Source of the DNA: an uncultured bacterium
Lineage (GTDB): Bacteria > Fidelibacterota > Marinisomatia > Marinisomatales > UBA1611
NCBI GenBank assembly: GCA_965660855.1
Contig: CBFIBM010000001.1
Coordinates: 128,001 to 192,000, forward strand
Reading direction: 5' to 3'
Length of the DNA stretch: 64,000 bases
Under the pieces are notes generated by a model that was not told the origin of the DNA, did not search any database, and was given only the letters and a program-made list of their open reading frames with translations. Positions 52,134-62,700 of the stretch are shown in pieces; position 1 is the first letter of the stretch; every line of letters begins with the position of its first letter. The position numbers and the translations under genes were made by a program.

Positions 52134-52700
52134 TTAAAAGTCTATATTAATTGCTTCTTTTTTGTTATCATTCTTTCTCTCATATTCAAAAGCTTCATAT
52201 TCGATATTCTCATTGGTAAAGTAAGATTTGAGAGCTTCTAAATATTCTTCTTCCGTACCATCTCCATAACCTGCACTTTTATGTATTACTTCGCCATTTT
52301 TGTCTATAAGATAAAATGTAGGGTAACCTTTTACATCAAATTGTTTGGCTAATTTAGAAGTTGGATCCAAGGATACATCAAATTTATACTTTCTTTTATT
52401 TATGTATGGCCTTACTTGATTTACTATTTGAGGTTTATTTGAATTGATGGTAAGAACTTTTAAACCAGTCTTACTAAATTTTGAATTAATTTGATCTAAA
52501 TAGCCTAACTGGCGTTCACAATTTGGTCACCACGTTGTCCAGAAATTAATGATCATTGGCCCATCTTGGTTAAAGTCAGACAACTTTGCATATTCTCCGT
52601 TTAACATTTTGATCCTTGCAGTGGGAATTTTATTGTCCTTAAGTGCAAGGCCAACAAAAAAAGACAGGAATACTAATGAAGAAAGAATATGTTTTTTCAT
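52134..52700 (-). CDS. Exported TlpA/thioredoxin-fold selenoprotein, copy 2 (UxxC; Sec at codon 58)
   Basis: The track shows only the 78-aa tail. Full frame from ATG 52700: MKKHILSS...GPMIINFWTTW-TGA(52527-52529)-PNCERQLGYL...GYPTFYLIDKNG; 188 aa. Confidence 0.88.
52497..52526 (-). promoter_or_regulatory. Candidate bacterial SECIS hairpin, copy 2
   Basis: 24 nt identical to copy 1 (TGTGAACGCCAGTTAGGCTATTTA) at the same distance from the UGA. Confidence 0.7.
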
Positions 52701-52820
52701 AATTAATGTTAAAATTATAATTTTAATCTTTAAAAATTACTATAAAATCATTTTAAATATAACTTTATTTCTTGTAAATAAATAATGGAAGAGAATACTT
52801 TTTAATCATTAATATTATAG

Positions 52821-54029
52821 ATGGATTTGTGTATCAGTCTAATCAGAAATATTGTAAAGCATAATATACTAGCTTTACTGTTTATTATAATGCACGATCA
52901 AACCTTTGGATGTCGTTTATGGTCAATTTGTACTAAAAATAATAAAAGTATTTCTCAATTGCCATATGAAGAAAAAGACTTGGTTTATAATCAATTAAAC
53001 TCATTTTTTTTACAATCAAATATGATGAATAATGGATGGTCGTTATTAGACTATCCTGATAGTACATCTAATTTTATAACACCGATAATTAGATCTGAAA
53101 CCAAAGCTTATATTGATTCAGTACGATATTGGGCAGTAGTAGACTCTTTATTACTCAATGGTTCTGGTAAAATTGGAATGGGGCATTTACGACTTGCCTC
53201 TTCTGGAATTAATAGTATCCCAAATCCACATCCTTGGATGTTTTATAGAAACCAAAAATCTTACGCAATGATGCATAATGGAACTATTGATAAAAACGTA
53301 TTATACAATCTTATTACAAACAATGGCTCCGATATCACTTGGTTGCAAAATCACGAGCCGGAAACTTTTGATGGTTCTGATTGGCAGAGTGATGGTTGGG
53401 TTCAGGTGGTTGATTCAGAATTACTAATGCTTTTTATCATGCAGCAAGTTGAAAATGAAAATGATATATATTTAGGACTACAATTAGCACTTTCAAATTT
53501 GATGTCTCAAGGGGTTGTGGCTCATCAATTAAATTTAATTCTTTCCGATGGGAGCTTTCTTTACTGTTTTGGTGGTAGCAATGGTCTCTCTTATGCGGAA
53601 TCTTCTGATCATTATGCTGTTATGACGCAGCCTGAAAACAGTGGTCTATTAACTTGGACTGGATTAAATAATGGTGAGTTAGTAGTTATCAGTGATAATG
53701 GTTTAGAAAAATATCCAGATTTTATACAATTAGCCAATCAAGATGGTGTCCTCATACCTCGAAATCCTATTATTATGACACCAGCATTTCCTAATCCATT
53801 TAATAGTTCTTTACAGTTCTCATTTGAAAATATTCAAGATACCCCAATTATAAATATATCTATATACAATATACTTGGAAATCTTGTTGATACCATATCT
53901 AAAGAAAATATTAGAGAAAATGATTTCATTAGATGGAGTCCGCCCTTGGGAACAGCATCTGGAACCTATTATATACATGCAAAAATTAAGAATTCTAAAT
54001 TAAATCAGAAGATTTTGTTTATAAAATGA
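52821..54029 (+). CDS. Secreted class II glutamine amidotransferase (Ntn hydrolase, EgtC/YafJ-like) with C-terminal sorting domain
   Basis: Signal-like N-terminus, then CRLW (Cys at 52911), GHLRLASSG..NPHP, MHNGTI, VDSE; AFPNPFN. Confidence 0.8.
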   Translation: MDLCISLIRNIVKHNILALLFIIMHDQTFGCRLWSICTKNNKSISQLPYEEKDLVYNQLNSFFLQSNMMNNGWSLLDYPDSTSNFITPIIRSETKAYIDSVRYWAVVDSLLLNGSGKIGMGHLRLASSGINSIPNPHPWMFYRNQKSYAMMHNGTIDKNVLYNLITNNGSDITWLQNHEPETFDGSDWQSDGWVQVVDSELLMLFIMQQVENENDIYLGLQLALSNLMSQGVVAHQLNLILSDGSFLYCFGGSNGLSYAESSDHYAVMTQPENSGLLTWTGLNNGELVVISDNGLEKYPDFIQLANQDGVLIPRNPIIMTPAFPNPFNSSLQFSFENIQDTPIINISIYNILGNLVDTISKENIRENDFIRWSPPLGTASGTYYIHAKIKNSKLNQKILFIK

Positions 54030-54103
54030 TTTATTTTTCTTAAATTTGTAGGCTTTACCCTAAAAAATAAATTCAATAACACCGAATATTGGAGACCATT
54101 AAA

Positions 54104-55063
54104 TTGGCAAAAAAAGATACAGAAACGAAAGATATAGAGAAGAAAAAAATAGAAGCAGCTGAAAATGCAGCAGCTGAAAAAGCTGCTCTTGAACTTGAAG
54201 CCGCCCAGAAAAAGAAAAAGGGAAAACCGAGTAAAGTATCAAGTGGTAGTATAAGTATGTACCTTGCTGAAATTGGAAAGTTTAATCCACTTCCTCCTGA
54301 AAGAGAAGTCGAACTTGCTATTCGTATACAAAATAATGATGAAAAAGCAATGAAAGAACTTGTGGAAGCAAATTTGAGGTTTGTAGTCTCCGTTGCAAAA
54401 AAGTACCAAGGAAATGGACTTTCTCTTGCGGATATTATTAATGAAGGGAATATGGGGTTGATTAAGGCTGCTAAACGATTTGACCATACGAGAGGTTTTA
54501 AGTTTATCTCCTATGCTGTGTGGTGGATCAGACAATCAATTCTACAGGCATTAGCAGAACAATCACGTCTCATCAGATTGCCACTTAATAGAGTCGGTAC
54601 TATTACTAAAATTACAAGAGCCGCGGAAAAATTAGAAGCAGAAGTCGAACGCCAACCCAAAGGTGATGAGATTGGTGCTCAATTAGAAATGAGTGGAGAT
54701 GAAGTACTAATGGCTATGCAATATTCACGTAGACATAGTTCTTTGAATTCTCCATTTCAAGAAGGCGAAAATAGTAGCTTGCTAGATATTATTGAAGATT
54801 CAGAAGCTGAAGAACCTGAAGCAAAGATAATGATGGAGTCCATGAGTGAGGAGGTCACTGGAGCACTGGATACCCTATCTGAAAGAGAACGAATTGTTCT
54901 TGAGATGTATTTTGGCATCAATAGAGATAGTGCTATGACTTTAAATGAAATTGGTGAAGAATTTGATCTTACCAGGGAAAGGGTTAGGCAAATTAAAGAA
55001 AAAGCAATTCAAAGATTACGCCATAGATCTAGAAGTAAAAATCTTCGAAGATATTTAGGCTAG
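54104..55063 (+). CDS. rpoD: RNA polymerase sigma-70 factor, RpoD/SigA family (no region 1.1)
   Basis: ANLRFVVSVAKKY, KFISYAVWWIRQ and LTRERVRQI motifs. GGAG at 54091 favours TTG 54104 over 54089. Confidence 0.85.
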   Translation: MAKKDTETKDIEKKKIEAAENAAAEKAALELEAAQKKKKGKPSKVSSGSISMYLAEIGKFNPLPPEREVELAIRIQNNDEKAMKELVEANLRFVVSVAKKYQGNGLSLADIINEGNMGLIKAAKRFDHTRGFKFISYAVWWIRQSILQALAEQSRLIRLPLNRVGTITKITRAAEKLEAEVERQPKGDEIGAQLEMSGDEVLMAMQYSRRHSSLNSPFQEGENSSLLDIIEDSEAEEPEAKIMMESMSEEVTGALDTLSERERIVLEMYFGINRDSAMTLNEIGEEFDLTRERVRQIKEKAIQRLRHRSRSKNLRRYLG

Positions 55064-55068
55064 ATTAG

Positions 55069-55098
55069 AAAAAAGGGCTTTTAAGCCCTTTTTTTTTT
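55069..55098 (+). terminator. Intrinsic terminator (could act bidirectionally)
   Basis: A-run, GGGCTT/AAGCCC stem, T-run. Confidence 0.88.
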
Positions 55099-55129
55099 AT
55101 AAAAACTACAAAGTTAAGGTTCCCATATA

Positions 55130-56572
55130 ATGAGCATGCGAAAAAAAATAGGATTGATACTTGGGCCTGTTATTTTTATTTTTTTTCTCTTAATCCCTGC
55201 TCCTGAAGGAATGAACCCACTTGGAATGAGGGCTGTTGCCGTTGCTTTCTTAATGGCAATTTTTTGGGTTACCGAAGCCATCTCGATTTTTGCAACATCG
55301 TTTTTACCTCTAGCATTATACCCATTACTTGGGATACTTGATTCCAAGCAATTAGCCGCTAGTTACGGACACCATATTGTAATCTTAATTCTTGGTGCAT
55401 TTTTCGTAGCAAAGGCTATCGAATCAAATAATTTGCATAAGCGAATAGCCCTTTTTACAATTAAACTAATTGGCACCAGTCGATCTAGTATAATTTTTAG
55501 TTTTATGATTGCTACAGGGTTTTTATCCATGTGGACATCCAATAATTCAACAACATTAATGATGTTACCTATCGGGCTTGCAATCATATATAGAGAAAGA
55601 GACCTTGGAGCTGATATATCTGGTTTTGCACCAGCATTAATGCTAGGAATTGCCTATTCGGCTAGTATTGGTGGCACCGGTACCCTAGTTGGAACACCAC
55701 CAAATTTAATTTTTGTTAGCACCGTCCAAGAAATTTTTCCTGAGTCACCGCCAATTTTATTTACTGACTGGTTAAAAATTGGTATTCCATTTGTGATTGT
55801 ATTCTTACCTATTGCTTGCTTATATCTGGTGAAAATATTTAAGGTGAGTGGGAGTCTATATGGTGATTCTAATGTGATTGATATGGAATACAATAAGCTG
55901 GGGCTCATGTCCTCTGCAGAAAAAAAAGTTACGGTAATTGTGCTTTTCTATGCTTTAGGTTTTATCTTCAGAAATCAATGGTCTGAATTTATTGGAGTTG
56001 GTAATTATGTTAAAGATTCCACCGTTGCTATTTTAGCAGCTGTAATTCTGTTTTCTTTTCCCAGTGGTAAGCAAAATGAAATTGGAAAAAAATTACGCCT
56101 TTTAGAATGGGAAGATGCAAAAACAATACCTTGGGGTATCGGAATGTTAATTGGAGGAGGATTGGCAATTGCGTCCTCATTTAAAGCCTCCGGGTTAATT
56201 TTTTGGATTGGAAATAATCTTAATTTAGAGGGTATTCCTTCCCTTATAATTTTATTTTTAATTGTCACCTTCATGGTTTTTCTAACAGAAATAAATTCAA
56301 ATGCTGCTTCAACTGCAATTTTTTTACCTATTTTAGCTGGAATATCAAAAGCAGGTGGATATCATCCCTTCCTTTTAATGGTACCAGCTACGATTGCTGC
56401 ATCTTGCGCATTTATGCTCCCTTCTGGTACAGGACCAAATGCAAGTATCTTAGCAAGTGGTCAATTGAAGATACCTCAAATGGCAAAAGCTGGATTCGGG
56501 TTAAACCTAATAGCAATTCTTCTGATAATAATTTTGACCTATACGGTTATAATGCCTTCCCTTGATATTTAA
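55130..56572 (+). CDS. SLC13/DASS family sodium:di/tricarboxylate symporter
   Basis: FWVTEAI, LSMW.SN, GTLVGTPPN, LTE..SN.A and AFMLP.GT.PN motifs. Confidence 0.93.
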   Translation: MSMRKKIGLILGPVIFIFFLLIPAPEGMNPLGMRAVAVAFLMAIFWVTEAISIFATSFLPLALYPLLGILDSKQLAASYGHHIVILILGAFFVAKAIESNNLHKRIALFTIKLIGTSRSSIIFSFMIATGFLSMWTSNNSTTLMMLPIGLAIIYRERDLGADISGFAPALMLGIAYSASIGGTGTLVGTPPNLIFVSTVQEIFPESPPILFTDWLKIGIPFVIVFLPIACLYLVKIFKVSGSLYGDSNVIDMEYNKLGLMSSAEKKVTVIVLFYALGFIFRNQWSEFIGVGNYVKDSTVAILAAVILFSFPSGKQNEIGKKLRLLEWEDAKTIPWGIGMLIGGGLAIASSFKASGLIFWIGNNLNLEGIPSLIILFLIVTFMVFLTEINSNAASTAIFLPILAGISKAGGYHPFLLMVPATIAASCAFMLPSGTGPNASILASGQLKIPQMAKAGFGLNLIAILLIIILTYTVIMPSLDI

Positions 56573-56754
56573 ATGATGATTTAATGTGTTTTTTATCACG
56601 TTGTAACATTATTACTTGTTCTGCATAATTTTGCTCTTTATATTGAGGGGCATCCATTACAAAGCTTTTTTTTTTATTTTGTAACAGTGCATCCACATAC
56701 CTACCGCAGTAAAATAAAAGTAGTACAAAAAATAAACTAAACTTGGAGGTTTAG

Positions 56755-59700
56755 ATGCAAAGAGCGATAATAACATTGCTCATGTTGTCTTTTGGCGTAA
56801 GTTTGTATGCAAATGATACAGCACCTCGTCAAAAGGGCGATTCTTTTCAGTATGGATTACCTACTTACAAAAGTCCTGAGAATAGAACGGAAGAATATGA
56901 GCTATACATGGTTGATACCTATGGTGATGGTTGGGACGGTTCCACCTTAGATCTTAACATGAATGGAGTGTCAGTTGCGACTGGATTGACTGTTGATGGA
57001 GAATCTAACAGTTTTTACTTTAATGCTGACGATTATGATTATTTAACCACTGGATTTACCATCAGTACTAGCTGGGCTAGTGAGTTATACTATGGTATCT
57101 ACGATTCAGAAGGCTACCTTCTTTATGATGGTTATGGAAATAGTGCTGAAGTTGATATCAGCTCTCATCCAGACATGACCACGCAATGGACAATAGATTC
57201 CAGTGAAGAAAATGTATTTCATAATCCTAGTTTTGAAGCAGGCATTGCAACCTGGGATAGACATCCTGACTATGATTGGGCAATTGCAACTACAGGAGAG
57301 GGAATTTATAACTCTGATGCAACATTTACTGCGTACAGTGGGGATAATTCTTTTAAAATGTGGGCTTCATGGACCGGGCTTGAAAATAATGTTTTCAAAG
57401 TTTTTGAAGGAGATATTGCAGCTCAATTAGCGGGTGAAACTTTCACTATTTCAGCTCACATGATGAGTCATGCTGATGATTTGTTAGGTGAAGGAACTCA
57501 CGCTAAATTAGTTGCAAAATATTTTGGACCTGGACCAAATGGCGATGGATCGAACTGGTGGGAGACATTTATGTTCATGGATGAGTCCGAATATTTAGTG
57601 GGTTCATTAGCTACAGCAACAGAGTGGACAGAATACTCTCTAACAACCACTATACCTGAAGGGGCATATCACATTGAAATTGGCTTTACTCTTAAAAAAG
57701 ATGCTGATGGAGGTGGCTCTGTGTATGTGGATAACCTCATTGGAGATTGGGTAGAACCAGTTGAGGTTATTGAAAATGTTTATTTTTCAGAATATGCTGA
57801 AGGTTCAAGTAATAATAAATATTTAGAAATTTTTAACGGTACCGGAGCGGCGATTGATTTAGCAGATTTCGTTGTTTTAGGTAACTACAATGGTAACGGA
57901 TGGTCAGAAACAATTCCATTTGCAGTTGGTACAATCGTAGAAGCAGGTGATGTTTATGTTATCGCAAATAGCTCAGCAGATGAAGCTATTTTAGCGGAAG
58001 CAGACGTCGCATTTGGTTATGGAGCCTACGATCCAGAAGCTGGCACGGCATATGTCACCTCATTTAATGGTGATGATGTAAGAGCACTAGCGATGGCAGG
58101 AGATCCTTCTCTTATTGTGGATCAAATTGGTACTCTAGATTTTGATGGAGATGGTATTGAAGGTGAAGGAAATGAAGATGATCCAGGCAGTGGTTTTGAT
58201 GCTGCAGGTGTTTCTGATGCAACAAAAGATCATACATTAACTAGAAAGCCAGGTATGCTTGGTGGAAATATGGGCAACTGGAGTCAGTCTGCCGGAACCG
58301 ATGCTGAAACCAGTGAATATGTCGTCCTAGATCAAAATGATTGGACTAGCTTAGGTTCTCACAGCAATGAGGTTGTAGAAGTTTGTGATTTCACGGAAGT
58401 AACACTTAATATCGCAGATTCTTACGGTGATGGTTGGAATGGAAACATCCTCACTGTTGGTGATCTTAACTTTACATTGGATGGAGTTGCCGATGATGGT
58501 TCTTCTGCCAGTTTTGATTTGTGTCTAGAAGATGGTGCTTACGCAGTAACCTGTGGAGGTGGAAGCTATCTATCAGAAGTAAGCTGGGAAATGTTAGCCG
58601 CAGATGGCACGGTTCTTCTTGCTGGTGGTGCGCCATATGAAGGATTCCTTCAAATTGGTGAAGTAGTAGATGTGCTAGGTTGTACAGATCCAGAAGCATT
58701 AAATTATGATGAAACAGCAACACTCGACGATGGTACTTGTGTTTATGCAGGTGAGGATTGTGCAACGGCATTAGTCGCTGCAGCCGGTTCAAATGAAGCA
58801 CCAAGTGCTCCATTCTGGTATACTTATACTGCAACGTTAACTGGAACTGCAACAATTTCTTCTGTTGGTGGTGGAGTTGATACTCAAGTTTACGGTTATA
58901 CTGGGGCATGTGATGCACTTGTAGAAGTTGGATTTGGTGATGATGAGGGTGGGGGACCTGAGTGGTCATCCATCATGGTCCTTGATGTAGTAGAGGGTGA
59001 ATCTTACTATATAAATTGGACTGATTATTGGTCACCATCTGGTTTTGTATGGACCTTAGAGGAAGCACTTTATCCTGTAACTCCACAAAACCTTACAGCT
59101 GAAGCTGGAATGGATAACGTATATCTAGCCTGGGATGCTGCTGAACCTGTTGGACGATCATTCGTTGAGATACAAAATGATAGACAAGCAAGAGCTGAAT
59201 ATCAAGCTGAGAAAAAAGCGAGTCTTTATCCAAATAGATCAACAGAAGTACATCTTAATAGATATAGCATTAATCCAGATTATGATCCTGAATTCAATAA
59301 CACCAGAACTAATAATGTAGTGATTAATTTAGGTGGTGGAACTTGGGATTCAGAGATTTCATGGAATATCACCAATTCAGAGGGAACTGTGGTTGCCGAA
59401 GGTGGTGCCCCAATAGAGAACTTAGAATTGGTCCTTGAAGATGGTACATATAACTTTAATGGTTTTGATTCCTATGGTGATGGATGGAATGGAAGTGCTG
59501 TGACTGCGACAAATGCAACACAAGTATTTCTTTTCTGGTGGTTAGATACCGGCTCAGAGGGCACTGCAGAGTTTGCAGTTAACGATGGTGCTGCAAATTT
59601 ATATCTTTCCAATATAAATTATGATCAAGATACTCAAATGATGAGTGTTGATGTGAACAACGATGGTACACTATGGGCCTATGGTGGCGACGTAGCTCCG

Positions 59701-62700
59701 TTTATTGGATCTGTTCCAAATGGAGATTGTCAAGAACCTGGTTCAATTGGACAATCTGTTCCACAGCCACTTGCGCCTGGGTCGTCTTATAATTTTGCAT
59801 TTGATATCGATTTAGTAGATATTCTTGGATATGGTGTGCATCCAGTAGGTGCTATGGTTGATTGGTCTTGTGCAGTCCCAGAACTGGATGAGAATGATAA
59901 CACTATTGGGGGAGAGATAACTCTTGTTGATCCATTAGATGGTATTACCTTCTCAGTTTACAGAGAGGATGCTGCTTCCGGTACATATGCTTTAGTTGTA
60001 TCAGGTCTTGAATCTGAAATGTTTTTGGATGAATCAGTAGTCGGCGGTACGGGTTATTGTTATTATGTGACTCAAACAGCTGCAGAAGTTGAATCTGGTG
60101 CATCTAATATTGCATGTGCAACTCCATATGGTTCAGATGCTTTTCCAGCTCCTACAGCATTAGCAGGTGAAGCGGATGGATATGATGTGATGCTTTCTTG
60201 GACAGCTCCTGATTTAACAGGCTGGGAGCCTCCTAGGCACAATTCACGATTTGCTCCTTCCATGAACAAACCGATGACTCATACCCCTTCCAATACAGAA
60301 CATACAACACCTCCAGCTACAAGACAGGGTGGAGATACTTTTGAAACTGCTACAGTAATAGATGCACTACCTTACGTAGATAATGGATCTACAGTAGGAC
60401 TTGCTGCAGACTATGGACCATATGCAGACTTAACCACTTTAGTTTGTGAGTTTGGAGATACTTACTATAGTGCAACCTCGACTGCAGCAGGTCCGGATGC
60501 AGTGTATTCTATAGACCTCGCGGAAGATGCATTCGTAAATATTTCCCTGTGTGGGTCAGGTTACGACACTGGTCTTGGAGTGTTTAGCTCCGATGGAGTT
60601 CTTGTTGCAGCAAATGATGATTTCTGTTCATTTCAATCAGAGGTTACATGTTCTATGCCTGCTGGAATGTATTATATTGTTGTCAGTGGTTGGGGAACGG
60701 ATGCAGGAGATTATGTGCTTAACGTAGGTACTGTTGACCCTCCATCACCAGTTGCTGGATATAATGTATACAGAGATGGAGAGATGGTTGGTTATGTGGA
60801 AGGTGTAGATGAAACATCTTTTTCAGAATTTGTATACAGCCCTGAGATGCCTGAAGGTGGAACATATACATACGCAGTTTCTGCTTATTATGATGTTCAA
60901 GATGCTTCTTCAGTGCTTTCTGACCCTGTGGATGTAACAACTACTGCTCCACCATTTGAGTGTGTTGCACCAACAAATCTAACAGCTGAAAATCAAGGCA
61001 ACGATGTTATGTTGAGTTGGGATGGACCAGCAGGTGGGCCTACATGGTTTACTCACTTTGATGGAACTGTAAACAGCGGAGTTGGTACAGCGACAGGATT
61101 GTTTAGCTTAGAAGCTGCTGTAAAGTTTGGTCCAGAAACGACCTTAGACTTAATGGGTCTCTCATTAACACAGGTTGCTTTTATGACAAGCGATGTAACA
61201 GCTTTATTTAAAGTCATGATTTATGACCCAGTTTCAATGTTACCGGTTGATTCAACTGATGTTATTGATCCATCAACCTTAATTGTTGGTGATTGGAATA
61301 TTGTTGATTTACCTAATCCAATAGCCTTAGATGGTTCTGAGGTGATGTTTGGTTACAAGGTAACTGTGACTGCAGAGGGAACATATCCTGCTTCAATGGA
61401 TTTACAGTCTGATCATAATGGTATGGATAACTTAATTGCGGGTTTTGGATCACCAATGCAAAGTATGCTTGATGCATACGCTATTGATGGAGGTTGGGCA
61501 ATTGCTGGTTATGCAGATTATGGTCAAGGTCAATCCATTGTTTCATTAGATCCTCCAGTTTTTGACAATGTCATTAACCCTGGAGATTTTGATGTTAGGC
61601 ATCTAGCGAATCCGTTAGAAGTCTCGTTACCTGTTGAACAGATGAATCGTGCTTTATTGGGTTATCATGTTTACAGAAATGATACCACTATTGCAACTGT
61701 ACCACCTTCAGAAACATCATATGATGACTACGATGCTCCATGGGGAACTGTAGAGTATTATGTTACTGCAGAGTATGATGATACGGAAGATTGTGGTGAG
61801 TCTGATCCTTCAAATGTTGTTTCTATCGATCTAGCAAATAACCCACCTTCTGCGGTGAATTTAATTGCGCCACCAAATGGTGCAACCTTCACTATTAATG
61901 AAGGTAATATGGATCAGGGCAATATGTTTGTATGGTCACCTTCTAGTGATGCAGATAATGATCCTATCGAGTATTACCTAGGTGTAGAGACTGAAGTTTT
62001 GGGAGATACCTTGGATGAGTGGTTTCCAGAAAACGCACTGCAAAACGGTGACTTTGAAGATGGAACAGATCATTGGTTCTTCTACCCTCCTGAAGCAACA
62101 AACACCTCATATGATGAGGATATGGAAATGCTCATGATTGGTGGACTGAATAGTGGAGATAATACTGAAAATAATGTGTACCAAGAATGGCCAGGAGATG
62201 CCTTACCTGTAGGTACTCACTTTGAAGTATATGGTGAGGTTATGTCCCCAGCTGATGATTTCATTGCTGGAGATAACCACTTTGTATTGTTTGCTAAGTA
62301 TTTTGATTCTAACTGGGGAATGATTCATATGGATCATTCTGAACCAATGAGCGCACAAAATGCAACAGCAGATATGTATCATGAACTGGAATTTGAATCT
62401 ATAGTTCCAGAAGGTGTTGCTGTAATGCAAGTCGGTGCCATGTTTGTACAAGCTACACCGGATCACGGTGGTATGGTAGGAATAGATGAAATATACATGC
62501 ATGTTCCAATGACTGTTACTGGCTTTGAAATATCAAACAGTATGTTTGGTGAATTGATGCTAGAAACTCAAGTTACTAACTTGACTGTGGAATGGGACGT
62601 ATGGGCATTTGATGGTTATGATCCAACTCCATCAACGGGTTCACGTACATTCACGGTGGATGCTAGTGATCTTCTGTCTGTGAATAACATTGCGTTACCA

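Noticed and set aside
50992..52700. TlpA genes as nonsense pseudogenes, or genome-wide TGA recoding (code 4/25)
   Set aside because: The TGA is at the same catalytic position in two diverged paralogs with intact frames. TGA terminates ordinary genes here (for example panB at 44971 and ORFs ending 50984 and 54029), and Trp is encoded by TGG.
52549..52785. 78-aa plus-strand ORF in the track
   Set aside because: Antisense shadow of the 5' half of Sec-TlpA copy 2.
2235..62502. Many short ORFs nested in or antisense to long genes (e.g. 2235, 8249, 10560, 32588, 49129, 58472, 62203)
   Set aside because: They overlap well-supported CDSs and show no motifs; expected shadow ORFs.
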